Origin: Tubiluchus corallicola
Lineage: Eukaryota; Animalia; Priapulida
Length of the DNA stretch: 37,431 nt
Direction: 5' to 3'
Assembly: GCA_030141605.1 (NCBI GenBank)
Contig: JAQGDQ010000573.1
Coordinates: 100,529-137,959 of the forward strand
Position 1 is the first letter of the stretch. Each line of letters starts with the position of its first letter. Both the position numbers and the translations under genes were made by a program. Positions 22,309 to 34,888 of the stretch are shown piece after piece. The notes beneath the pieces were generated by a model, which saw only the letters and a list, made by a program, of their open reading frames with translations, searched no databases and was not told the DNA's origin.

Positions 22309-23047
22309 TTGAGGATGTGGTGAGCCGCTCTTTGCCATTAGTAGCAATGCATTAACTGCTTGGTGCTATAGACCTAAACGCTCACATCTGTCATTTATAC
22401 TGTAGTACAATAGTAATTGAAGTATGTACTGTATATGTATATCCATTTGTTTATGGTTTTGCTACATTTTATAACTGTCTTTTCTTTTTTTATGTCACCC
22501 ATTTTAAGGCCTGCACTTTGTTTCAGGCAAAAAGCGAACAAACATGAAAAACTAATGCAATAAAGAGCCCGCCTGAAACCTTACATTTTCATTTGTCTCA
22601 GCACAGCACCTTGAAGCTGCTCAACGAAAGAATGTTCAATAAAAATCCTTTTCACCTCTAATGAACTTCCTGGAATGAAAAGATGTAATTTCTTGCTCAG
22701 AGGCTCTAGCTGTGATCACGCTGAAAGTCATGCTATTATACACACAGATCACACGTAGTACTCGATGCACTGAAATCATTGTGGCTTCGTGAAACCCTAA
22801 ACCGTTATGAAATTTTTTACAACGCCTGCAAGTTAAATTTTAATTATTGAATTACTAAGACCTGAATCTTAGAAGTGTGAGGTAAAAAAATTTAACAAAC
22901 AGACACTGTCGGTTCTTAATACAGAAATACATTTTGTACATGAAGTTCAGACACCTACTAAGGAAGAACAGGTTTTCTGGTTGCACAGTGACCTTGTGTG
23001 GGTTCGTTAAGGTCAAAAGTCTTTGTTCTTATCGACAGATGTTTGAG

Positions 23048-24751
23048 AATGACGTGGTGGTGAAATTGTTGAGATTTAGTATATTAGTTACTTAACTTCA
23101 GATGAGTGAGTCACTTTGAGTGACACCTTTACCGGTCAAAATACAAGGTGTTGGGTCCCATTTTTAGTGACCTTTTACAGCTAGGCCACAATGACGTGGT
23201 GGTGAAATTGTTGAGATCTGGTATATTAGTTACTTAACTTCAGATGAGTGAGTCACTTTGGGTGACACCTTTACAGGTAAAAATACAAGGTGTTGGGTCC
23301 CATTTTTAGTGACCTTTTACAGCTAGGCCACAATGACGTGGTGGTGAAATTGTTGAGATCTGGTATATTAGTTACTTAACTTCAGATGAGTGAGTCACTT
23401 TGGGTGACCCCTTTACAGGTAAAAATACAAGGTGTTGGGTCCCATTTTTAGTGACCTTTTACAGCTAGGCCACAATGACGTGGTGGTGAAATTGTTGAGA
23501 TTTAGTATATTAGTTACTTAACTTCAGATGAGCGAGTCACTTTGGGTGACACCTTTACAGGTCAAAATACAAGGTGTTGGGTCCCATTTTTAGTGACCTT
23601 TTACAGCTAGGCCACAATGACGTGGTGGTGAAATTGTTGAGAGTTAGTATATTAGTTACTTAACTTCAGATGAGCGAGTCACTTTGAGTGACACCTTTAC
23701 AGGTCAAAATACAAGGTGTTGGATCCCATTTTTAGTAACCTTTTACAGCTAGGCCACAATGACGTGGTGGTGAAATTGTTGAGATCTGGTATATTAGTTA
23801 CTTAACTTCAGATGAGTGAGTCACTTTGGGTGACACCTTTACAGGTAAAAATACAAGGTGTTGGGTCCCATTTTTAGTGACCTTTTACAGCTAGGCCACA
23901 ATGACGTGGTGGTGAAATTGTTGAGATCTGGTATATTAGTTACTTAACTTCAGATGAGTGAGTCACTTTGGGTGACCCCTTTACAGGTAAAAATACAAGG
24001 TGTTGGGTCCCATTTTTAGTAACCTTTTACAGCTAGGCCACAATGACGTGGTGGTGAAATTGTTGAGATTTAGTATATTAGTTACTTAACTTCAGATGAG
24101 CGAGTCACTTTGGGTGACACCTTTACAGGTCAAAATACAAGGTGTTGGGTCCCATTTTTAGTGACCTTTTACAGCTAGGCCACAATGACGTGGTGGTGAA
24201 ATTGTTGAGAGTTAGTATATTAGTTACTTAACTTCAGATGAGCGAGTCACTTTGAGTGACACCTTTACAGGTCAAAATACAAGGTGTTGTCCCATTTTTA
24301 GTGACCTTTTACAGCTAGGCCACAATGACGTGGTGGTGAAATTGTTGAGATCTGGTATATTAGTTACTTAACTTCAGATGAGTGAGTCACTTTGGGTGAC
24401 ACCTTTACTGGTCAAAATACAAGGTGTTGGGTCCCATTTTTAGTGACCTTTTACAGCTAGGCCACAATGACGTGGTGGTGAAATTGTTGAGATTTAGTAT
24501 ATTAGTTACTTAACTTCAGATGAGTAAGTCACTTTGAGTGACACCTTTACTGGTCAAAATACAAGGTGTTGGGTCCCATTTTTAGTGACCTTTTACAGCT
24601 AGGCCACAATGACGTGGTGGTGAAATTGTTGAGATTTAGTATATTAGTTACTTAACTTCAGATGAGTAAGTCACTTTGAGTGACACCTTTACTGGTAAAA
24701 ATACAAGGTGTTGGGTGACCTTTTAGTGACCTTTTACGGCTAGGCCACAAT
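23048..24751. repeat. 142-bp satellite, 12 units, with a 4-mer higher-order duplication
   Basis: AATGACGTGGTGGTGAAATTG recurs at 23048, 23190, 23332 onward. Confidence 0.96.
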
Positions 24752-26126
24752 TTACATAAATTGCTGTTGTTTGTCATCGTTGTTGGTGTAGCTGAGAAAT
24801 ACATGTAGATGGGTGACAACAATGCTGATGACGTGATGTATTTGACAATGATGGTAGCAGCATTGTTGTTTAAAATCCTATTGTTTTTATGCACTTAGCC
24901 TATTTCTTATTCGGATGGGTTAAGTGGCTGTTTATGCTTTTTAAAGTGTTCGTGGGGTTTTAATTCAAGAAAAGCATTTGCAAGTACAGTAGATGCACTG
25001 CTGAAAAACTGCAGGAAATTTGAAACAATTGTTTTAACCACTGTATCATTAGATCTGATAATGTATTTTTAATATTTTTAAGTATATTGTATACATTAAG
25101 TAGCTTCAGTAGTTTACTCGTGACAGGATATTTAACAGCCTGGTATTGGCCATTTCTGTTTTTACACTAGCCATGCAATTACTCACCAAACCACTGTGAA
25201 TCAGAATGTTTGCATGGGTTTTTAAGGACCAAATTAGTGGCTAAGATTAAGATTTTTGATTTTGCTTCCTTGATACCTTGGATTTTCTCGTAGTGTGTAA
25301 AGTTTCTTTAGCTATATGCTAAACCATTATCATTCATAATTCTGACAGCCCGTGCCAAATGTACTCTATTGTCTAAAAAAATATTAAAAATTTAAAGCTG
25401 CTTGAAAAATTTTATCGTCTTTTGCACATCTTTCACCTGCTTCCTTACTACATCCTCTGCTTTTAATTAATGAAGATAACGTTTTTATTAGCGGAATTAT
25501 GGATTTATGCATATTGTGCGCGGACATTTTATGTTCTACTTGTATCAAATGGTGCGTGCAGTAAATCCAAATTAAACCATAAATTTTATGATTATAATCG
25601 TGAAAATACAAACCGTTATCATTATTAGTGTCCACGTAAAGTTTACAACGCTTTCAATTAAATAAAAATTCTGTCTCCGTTTCGTGTTTATGTATTTGTC
25701 ACTTTGGTCGATGAAAATAAAAGATTAGCGCTCGCAAATATCCTACAATTTCAGAACATTAGTAAAATTTACACCTCTCGTGACAAAAACCTGCTAGATG
25801 CTTTCTCTGAGTTAGTTTGTGATTCGTTTTTACAAACTTTAGTATAAAATATTAAACTTTGCGTGACAGAACAAATCTGTAGACATCTAATTTTTCTGTT
25901 TCTAGTCACTTATATTTTACAGGTCGTTTTGTGTAAACTGGTACTATTTGATTTTAGTTGTTTTTTTATATTATTTTGAGATACGAAATCCGTGATTTAT
26001 TGGTATTTAAAAGTCTTACGAATATAACAGCTATTTTATTCACAAAGTTTTTTAACCATACCCTGCAAATAGAGGGTCACTGTATGTATTTTATGTAAAT
26101 ATTTGTATATGTGTATAATTTTAAAT

Positions 26127-26133
<7 letters not shown>

Positions 26134-26179
<46 letters not shown>
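26134..26179. repeat. (AAT)n microsatellite
   Basis: Directly visible. Confidence 0.9.
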
Positions 26180-27066
26180 TTGTGACACTCTGCACGCATC
26201 ATCCAACTCTCCCAGTACAGATTTTTATACACAGTGGAACAGAGTTAGTTTACTGACATGGTTTTGTAAGAACCAATTAAATTTCAGTTTTAAATTTGTT
26301 TGGTTAATACAAGCCGTCTGGCACTCCAAATGGAAAACCTGTTTTGAATACAGCAAGGCTTGCAGAAAAATGAATAACATGTAAATTGTGCATTGTCTCG
26401 TGTCCGTTTTTCAAAATTTCTTTTAAAATTTGTGTAAAAAAGAAGCAGCAAGATATGAACGTTATTATTTACGTTTCTTTGTTCTGGATGTGTCACGTGG
26501 GCAAGAGGTTTGCTTTGTGTTTAATGGACAGTGTCAGTTTCCAAGCTTCTTATTGCACCTAGAGAAGTTAGATTTTACAAGAGTGGCAAATGAAAACATG
26601 TTAGCTTGCCTTCTAATGCAGTTCACCCAACATAATGTTGGTTTTTGAAACAACCAAAAAAGCAAGACAAGCAAAAGTGAGACAAAGCAGAAAAAGTAGA
26701 AAAACAGACCGCCGTGCTGTTTTGATTGAATCATCGCGAAGTTTACTAACATGTCAATTAATAACCTATTCGCCTTGGCTTGTTATCTTAATATGCATCC
26801 TTGCCTATATCAGATTCTGCAAAATTTCCAACGAATTCGGAACAAGACTTGTGTGTGTCGTGAGTTGAAGGTCTAATACTCAAGATTTCGTATGTAAGAT
26901 TGACCTCGCAAATGAATGTGACATGAATGATGACATGCTTTTATCCTATAGTGTGATTACTGATTCCACTTTTTCTTGGTCCTTTACATTACCTTTATCT
27001 TCTTTCCGTCCATTACTTTTTAGCACCCTTGAGCGCATGCCCCATCAATTGTTATTAACCCGGGCA

Positions 27067-27532
27067 TCAATTCAATTCAATTTCAATTCAATTTTAATTT
27101 ATTTATCTCTTTATAATGCTACAATAAAACATGATTAATAAAAGAATCTCTAACAAGTTTTGAAGAATGGTTAAAATGTATAGATAGATCTAGAACTAGA
27201 GAAAGGATAGCGAAAAGACTATAAAGTCACCTAGTCTGCTATCCTTTACCAAATATAGATAAAAAGATTTTTAGACACTGGTGGGCATTAATGTTATCAG
27301 TTTAATTTAGGAAACATTAGTAATTTTTAAAATTTTGACATTTGCCATATAATCCAGAGAAAAGAATATACATGTAGTTTAATTAGCGGGCAACAAAATA
27401 AGGTCAATCTTGATTAAACTAAAAATTGCATTTAGATTTTATGTGAAATACAGGTCAAAATTGTTATGAAATGATAAAAACACTTTGGGTTAATAATGCA
27501 ATTAATCAACAACAGGAGTTAAATACATTTTG
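27067..27532 (-). mobile_element. LINE 3'-UTR fragment with (TTGAA)n tail, copy 1 (may extend further right)
   Basis: Minus strand shows a stem-loop (27202-27247), AATAAA and a TTGAA tail. Highly similar to 32557-33012. Confidence 0.7.
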
Positions 27533-28316
27533 ATTTGAGTTCAACTTCATTATTTCTAGGCTTATTGATTAAGAACATAAACTACTGACTTGGACAATAA
27601 TACTAAATAATATAATTCTCAATATACTGATAAGACAAACATTTAGCTATACAGGTTTCTTGGTAATTTTATAAAGGAGAGGTAAGACTTGTGCAAACTG
27701 TGAACAACACCTGAAACTTTACTCATAAAATAGTACTGCAGTATGACTTTAATAATTACTCCGCTGTAAAGAAGAGATGAAAGACAGAGTATTTCCTGAT
27801 ATTTAGGATAATATCTGTAATGGCCTGTGGATTAACTAATTTGTAGAGTTATAAGTAACAACATTCAAAGTACGAATCGGTAGCTTGTTATTCAATAATT
27901 GAGAGAATAAATAATTTAATTGAGTATTAGAGTACATTTTCTGAGCCACAGATTCATGCCATGCTGTAGTATTTTCAGTTTTATATGTGGCCAACGAACT
28001 TGTAACGGTTTTTTCCCGATTGCAGAAAGCAAAACAGTTTTTGTCTCCATTTCTCCCCTGAGTAGTCTCTCCAAATACGTGCACTGTTGTCTGCTACAGG
28101 TTGGTTTAAGAATCACACATTTTCTGACATCTTCTCGTTTCAAATGCGCGTCAGTGCGAAGCCATCATTTTCTCTACAAAAGTACGTAGAAAGAAATAAG
28201 TAAAAAAATGTTATGGCTACAATGAGAAACGAACAGAAGAAGATGCGAGAATTATAGTTGCTATGACAGCACTAACGTGTAATAATGAAGTCAGTAAATG
28301 ATAGATCATTCCGCAG

Positions 28317-28836
28317 CTTACCTATGGTCAGGAAACGTGGACGCTCTATCAAGATCAGGTCAGGTCTCTTCGTGCGGTTCAGCAGAGACATCTGCGTCAC
28401 ATCCTTCGTATTCGCTGGGACGACTATGTGCCAAACGAAGACGTGCTGGCTCGTGCATCGAGGTTACGCTTACTAAGGCTCAACTTCGGTGGTTTGGGCA
28501 TGTGGTCAGAATGAACGATAAGAGACCGACAAAGGCCCTTCTCCATGGAGAACTAACCAGTGGCTCTCGCAGTGTTGGTCGTCCTCTCCTTCGCTTCAAG
28601 GACAAGGTGAAGTTCTCTCTGAGGAAAGGTGGAAAGTTGGACAAGCTGCCTTTCGCAGTTCACGACCGTCCTGCATGGAGATCCCTAGTCAACAACTGTG
28701 CGAAAAACTCGATGATGAAAGACGGATGCTTGGATATGCAAGAAGGTTCAAGTCGTGGATAAGAGATGGTTTCATGGACATCTGACTCGCACTGATTTAG
28801 CCGTATCGGCTTCGACGTTGTACTGTACTACTACTA
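28317..28836 (+). mobile_element. RTE-clade LINE, 5'-truncated ORF2 C-terminus
   Basis: LTYGQETWTLY...QRHLRHILRIRWDDYVPNEDVLARA, a frameshift, then QLRWFGHVVRMNDKRPTKALLHGEL...RSVGRPLLRFKD...DRPAWRSLV. Short TAC-repeat tail. Confidence 0.88.
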
Positions 28837-29049
28837 AATGATAAAATCATGCAATTATTATGAATTTCATCATTTACTGAATTCAGTATTACACGTTCAT
28901 TATTACATAGTAGCTACGATTCTCACACCTTCTGTTCTCTTCCTATTCTAGACATTTTCAACTTATTTCTTTTCTACTTTTTTATATGGATTCTCCTCCT
29001 TGTTTCTCACACATTCAGCCGTTTTTACAAGCCATTATATTTACAAGCT

Positions 29050-29613
29050 AAATATACCTCGTGAGCGCAGGCTGTGTCTTTGTGGAGAAATGCAGAGAGA
29101 AGCAGGTCGTTGGGCAAATGTACCTCGTGAGCGCAGGCTGTGTCTTTGTGGAGAAATTCAGACAGAAGAGCATTTTTTGTGCGAGTGCCATGAAAATGCA
29201 CTTTATAGATCACTGTACGGGTTAAATTATAGTAATATTGCAAATTTACTTGACGGAGAATTAATGTCAATTGGAAGTTTCATTTACGACTGTATGCATA
29301 GATTTGTGAATTAAATAGTATAGCTTTGTTAGCGAACATATAACCGCATGACTATGATTATCATATAGGTAAAATATTTGTTGATCACGTGTGTACAAAT
29401 GCTTAGTTAATATTTTTTCGCTTCATGGATTTTACAACTAAATTTGTATATCTGTGTATATACCTTGTGCAGCTATGTTGAGTCAAATTGTTAGTTTGAT
29501 CTGGAAATCGTTACCCGAGCTCTGCCTGCTGACAAAACCATCGGGTATGCGTCGAGTTTGTAATTTTCGTGTTGGAAATTTGATTTTCAGAAATAAAATA
29601 TCTATCTATCTAT
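29050..29613 (+). mobile_element. 5'-truncated LINE (RTEX-like) 3' end, copy 2
   Basis: PRERRLCLCGEIQTEEHFLCEC...CMHRFVN stop, then 3' UTR, AATAAA and a (TATC)n tail. Confidence 0.78.
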
Positions 29614-29998
29614 AAGCTTGTTGAATTTCTGCAGTAGTATAATCATAAATACATCCTAATTGCTATCATTATACCTGTTAACTTGAACTGAAATTATGCA
29701 ATGATGTACATATATGTATGTAAAATGTATGTTACTACGATATACTATTAATGTGAAATAAATAAATTGAAATTGAATCGTCGGCACCCCCAGTAGTTTT
29801 AGGTTGATTAACGACACTCTCACTGAGAGTCCAATTACATCACGTGGTCAAGAATGAACTCAAAATGACTTTATTAGGTAAAGACTGTAAAGAGGCATCT
29901 GTCAATCAGGAGAACCTTTTCTCTGAGATCATTGTAAACAGACGTAGGCTTGCAAAGCATGTTGCTTTGGCAGCACAGTTGATAAAGTGTGAAATTTG

Positions 29999-30087
29999 AA
30001 CCTAGTGACGTTTTCTCTGACACGGTGATGGTACAGAATAACTGAAAAATGGTTTAGTAATAAACATAATCGTGCACCTTGCATGTT
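29999..30087. repeat. 89-bp direct repeat, left copy
   Basis: Ungapped match to 30697-30785 with 9 mismatches. Confidence 0.9.
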
Positions 30088-30696
30088 AGTTTAAGCATAA
30101 TTTATTTAGGATTGGATCAGACAGTTTGAACAACATGATTTAGGATCCTCACCACAACAGACTTTATACACTATTTACAAGAACATTTACAGTAAGAATT
30201 GACTATAACTACACAAGCTGACAAGTTTTCCTATAAGAATACATTAGACATTGGTAGAAAATGACGGTTAGAAAATATTAATGTACGATTATTTAAGACT
30301 AATGCATTTCATATCAGAAGAAACTACTGGAAGCGTTTAGTACGTAATATAAAGTCATGTATACATTGGAATATTTTACAGTTTGCAACGTAGTTAAATT
30401 AATCTTTTCCGAATAATAACAACTTCAGCAGATCATTAATTCCTAAGGCAGCTATATTAAGGTTTTCGGGCAGAAGTATTTCATTTAATTTATCAAACAT
30501 AACAACCGTAGTTTGTTGATACAATGGGCAGTGCAACAAAAAGTGTTCAACAGACTCAAATCGAAATCCACAGTTACAATTCGGCAATATTGGATGACCG
30601 TTATTATCTTTACAGCCTTTCGAGAAAAGGTCATAGTTTAGCTGAGAAAATCCGATTCTCATGCGCGTATGATGCACTGATATTGTAGATTTACCA
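30088..30696 (-). mobile_element. CR1-like LINE 3' fragment (CCHC knuckle plus 3' UTR)
   Basis: HTRMRIGFSQLNYDLF...CNCGFRFESVEHFLLHCPLY. Minus-strand end AATAAATTATGCTTAAACT. Confidence 0.78.
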
Positions 30697-30785
30697 AACC
30701 TAGTGACGTTTTCTCTGACACAGTGATGGTACAGAATAACTGAAAGAAGGTTTGACGATAAACATAATCGTGTATCTTGCATGTT
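30697..30785. repeat. 89-bp direct repeat, right copy
   Basis: Matches 29999-30087. Confidence 0.9.
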
Positions 30786-31352
30786 CACCGTACGTGTCTT
30801 CAACTCTCAAACTTGCACGAATTATCTAGTATAAACTTGACGTGCAATGAGAACATAAGAATCACTTTCTGCAACCTCATAAAAATAATAACAAAAACTT
30901 GTCCTAAGCAACGAATTAGATCGTTTGTTCGTGTATTCGCACTGGTAAAAACCTTTTAATGACAATTATTATGCTGTTTTAGCCTTTTGATACTTGTAAT
31001 TCGTGTATGTCATATCAAAAAGGTGAAATAAATTCGCATTGAAATGAAAATTTATCACTGTTGTACTTCATTACCACAATAAGTCAGTTTCTTTCACCTG
31101 TGTTCGTGCTCTGAGCTATGCAGTTTTCTTTAGGTTTCGTAATTTTATCTTTGCAAGTGAGGTGAAACTAAACTTCGTCTAATGATCTTGATTTCACTGA
31201 TAAATTTAACTGCAGCTGAATGGCTGGCTAAGTCAGTTGCCTTGGTGACATGTAAAGTATTGAAATTCAATATTGACAGATTCAGCGAGCGTGTCACGGT
31301 AATTTCACACCTACGTTCGGCTAATTCTAGCTCTTCCAAGCAACATCAGAAG

Positions 31353-31467
31353 CAGGGTCTATTTCAGGGGGGTGAAGTGGGGATACTTCCCCAGGGCCTC
31401 ACCCTCCAGGGGGGCCTCGCGCCAAGGTAACTTTTTTTGCTTTATGCGAACATACTGCCTCCTTTCT

Positions 31468-31542
<75 letters not shown>

Positions 31543-31546
31543 CTCT

Positions 31547-31583
<37 letters not shown>

Positions 31584-31662
31584 CTCTCTCCTTCTCTTCC
31601 TCTCTTACTCCCACCTCTCTTAATTGCTCTCTCTTTCTCTCTCCCTCTCTTGTTCTCTCTCT

Positions 31663-31726
<64 letters not shown>

Positions 31727-32058
31727 CCGCACGCGCGCCGTTTGCCTTGTGCGTCTCGGTGCGATGTTCAGCTGTTTTCAATTTCGGAATTTCTAACACC
31801 GGCTTGTACGGAAGTGAGAGTACGGCATTACATATTGCAAAGATGTTGTTTTTTATTTGACTATTTGACAAGTATTAAGGACTGGTCTTGAGAATAAAGC
31901 AGTTTTTCTTTCAATTGTTCTTTCCTTTAACAACTGTATAACTCCATATTTTCTCTTCGAAAATGCTTCTCCGGCGTTCTAGCAATTCAATTGAGCACTT
32001 CAAGGGGGCCGCACCCCCCCCCCCTTCCCAGGCCTCGCTTAGGCTGAAATAGGCCCTG
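31353..32058. mobile_element. hAT-like MITE family B, long copy with ~250-bp interrupted (CT)n
   Basis: TIR CAGGGTCTATTTCAG / CTGAAATAGGCCCTG with a perfect 8-bp TSD ATCAGAAG. Confidence 0.92.
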
Positions 32059-32556
32059 ATCAGAAGCGCGTGGAAAAGCTTCATTACAAACCATTGTAGA
32101 GCAATTTTGCAACGCGTTTTGTCATATTGATCGAATTTCTGTAGTATATTACTTGTCGTCGCAATCACAAATAGCCTCAGATAATCATGCTTTGATGAGT
32201 TTCCAACCTTCCGTTCTTGTTTTATTTGTTTTTTTACGATGTTTATACGATGCGAAAGCATTACTGATGTCGCATTGTGGATGCTTTGCAACCAGAACAA
32301 GGCAATAAATTTGTACTAATAACCAAGTAATGTTGTAACGCTGTAAATTATGTTTATCAGTCAGACACACCTTGCTAAATGTGCTGTTATGCCGTTCGGA
32401 AACCCACCTAGTAATTATGTTAATCAAATGTCGCGTTTAGTATTTAAATTGTGTTTAGAAAATTAGAATTTTATGTAAAATTTGTAATATGGTAGCTGTG
32501 AGCTGCCTTTTTTTGATTTGCAATAGGCGAGTTCAATGGTGTTTAGAAAGCACAAG

Positions 32557-33012
32557 TTCAATTCAATTCAATTTAATTCACTTTTAATTTATTTATCTCT
32601 TTATAGTGCTACAATAAAACATGTTTAATAAAAGAATCTCTAATAAGTTTTGAAGAATGGTATAGATAGATCTAGAACTAGAGAAAGGATAGCGAAAAGA
32701 CTAAGTCACCTAGTCTGCTATCCTTTGCCGAATATAGATAAAATGATTTTTTAGACACTGGTGGGCATTAATGTTATCAGTTTAATTCAGAAAACATTAG
32801 TAATTTTTAAAATTATGACATTTTCTATATAATCTAGAGAAAAGAATATACATGTAGTTTAATTAGCGGGCAACAAAATAAGGTCAATCTTGATTAAACT
32901 AAAAATTGCATTTAGATTTTATGTGAAATACAGGTGAAAATTGTTATGAAATGATAAAAACACTTTGGGTTAATAATGCTATTAATCAACAACAGGAGTT
33001 AAATACATTTTG
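32557..33012 (-). mobile_element. LINE 3'-UTR fragment with (TTGAA)n tail, copy 2
   Basis: Highly similar to 27067-27532. Stem-loop at 32684-32726. Confidence 0.7.
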
Positions 33013-33113
33013 TAGTATGTAGTACAAGTATATAGTTTCTTACATAGTTTGTAGGTATGTATGTTTTAGTTACAATTATAAACTGTGCTGTGGCAATTTA
33101 TTACTAATGGTGT

Positions 33114-34157
33114 ATGATAGCCAGAATGTATATAGTGTTACCAGTCTAAATGATAGCCAGAATGTATATAGTGTTACCAGTCTAAATGATAGCCAGAATG
33201 TCTATAGTGTTACCAGTCTAAATGATAGCCAGAATGTCTATAGTGTTACCAGTCTAAATGATAGCCAGAATGTCTATAGTGTTACCAGTCTAAGTGATAG
33301 CCAGAATGTCTATAGTGTTACCAGTCTAAATGATAGCCAGAATGTATATAGTGTTACCAGTCTAAATGATAGCCAGAATATCTATAGTGTTACCAGTCTA
33401 AATGATAGCCAGAATGTCTATAGTGTTACCAGTCTAAATGATAGCCAGAATGTCTATAGTGTTACCAGTCTAAGTGATAGCCAGAATGTCTATAGTGTTA
33501 CCAGTCTAAATGATAGCCAGAATGTCTATAGTGTTACCAGTCTAAATGATAGCCAGAATGTCTACAGTGTTACCAGTCTAAATGATAGCCAGAATGTCTA
33601 TTGTGTTACCAGTCTAAATGATAGCCAGAATATCTATAGTGTTACCAGTCTAAATGATAGCCAGAATGTCTATAGTGTTACCAGTCTAAATGATAGCCAG
33701 AATATCTATAGTGTTACCAATCTAAATGATAGCCAGAATGTCTATAGTGTTACCAGTCTAAATGATAGCCAGAATATCTATAGTGTTACCAGTCTAAATG
33801 ATAGCCAGAATGTCTATAGTGTTACCAGTCTGAATGATAGCCAGAATGTCTATAGTGTTACCAGACTAAGTGATAGCCAGAATGTCTACAGTGTTGCCAG
33901 TCTAAATGATAGCCAGAATGTCTATAGTGTTACCAGTCTAAATGATAGCCAGAATGTCTATAGTGTTACCAGTCTAAATGATAGCCAGAATGTCTATAGT
34001 GTTACCAGTCTAAATGATAACCAGAATGTCTATAGTGTTACCAGTCTAAGTGATAGCCAGAATGTCTATAGTGTTACCAGTCTAACTGATAGCCAGAATG
34101 TCTATAGTGTTACCAGTCTAACTGATAGCCAGAATGTCTATAGTGTTACCAGTCTAA
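33114..34157. repeat. 36-bp minisatellite, ~29 copies
   Basis: ATGATAGCCAGAATGTCTATAGTGTTACCAGTCTAA with no indels between units. Confidence 0.97.
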
Positions 34158-34581
34158 CAGAAAATTTAACAATTTCAGCTGACATACATGTAGTATACAC
34201 TGCGCTTGACCGTAGGCAATGTATTAAATTATTGTGCATTATTCAATATTTACATCGAAGTTATTACGAGGACAGTTGTGTAAATATTGTATATCTAAAT
34301 TGCTTTCGTGCATGCAAGAAATTTCATGTTAGCGCTTTTAATTTGACAAAATGTTACAAAAGCATAGCTTTGCTGAGCATTGATTCGTTTTTCTCACTGT
34401 ATACTAAATATACACACTGCAATCTGTGCCGGTCCCTATGAGATTACTTTATTATGCCCTGAACAACACATGATTTATCATTAATACGATTAGTGACGTC
34501 TTTATCTAGGTTATCTAGCTATTTTTATGTCTTGATATTCATTAAAATATTGTTGCGGGCACACTTAGTCAGGGTTGGCTT

Positions 34582-34712
34582 TGCGCATGCGCGTCATTTG
34601 CTATAAGAGCAGTGAGCACGTGGTTTTCTACGTCTCTGTCGTGGTTGTCATGTCCACCATGTGTGCTGCTCTTTCCAGTGCTTAGCAGTGGTTGTCATTT
34701 TGGTAGGTACGG
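34582..34712 (+). promoter_or_regulatory. Candidate promoter or first exon (NRF1-like site, TATA-like box, E-box, donor)
   Basis: TGCGCATGCGC at 34582, TATAAGAG at 34602, CACGTG at 34617, and GTAGGT/GTACGG at 34703/34707. Confidence 0.3.
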
Positions 34713-34888
34713 CATAGTTTGATCTAATTAATGATCTTTTGTCTTTCTCTCTTGTGCACTCTTTCCTGGTAGGATGCAAAGTGGTCAAACGAAGGCTGAC
34801 TGCTCAGCTGTCTTCGCGTCCCTCGACCCCCTGGTGGCTCCCAGGGGAGGGCTCCGCAACAATATTATTACCCTAATTTGTTTATTAT

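Noticed and set aside
29755-29778. AATAAATAAATTGAAATTGAA as another LINE tail
   Set aside because: Plausible, but no upstream body or stem-loop could be defined, so it was not annotated.
30399-30803. 134-aa ORF as a standalone zinc-finger gene
   Set aside because: It is a LINE ORF2 C-terminus fused by chance to flanking repeat sequence.
31372-31871. SL and ER dipeptide ORFs
   Set aside because: Translations of the (CT)n tract inside the MITE.
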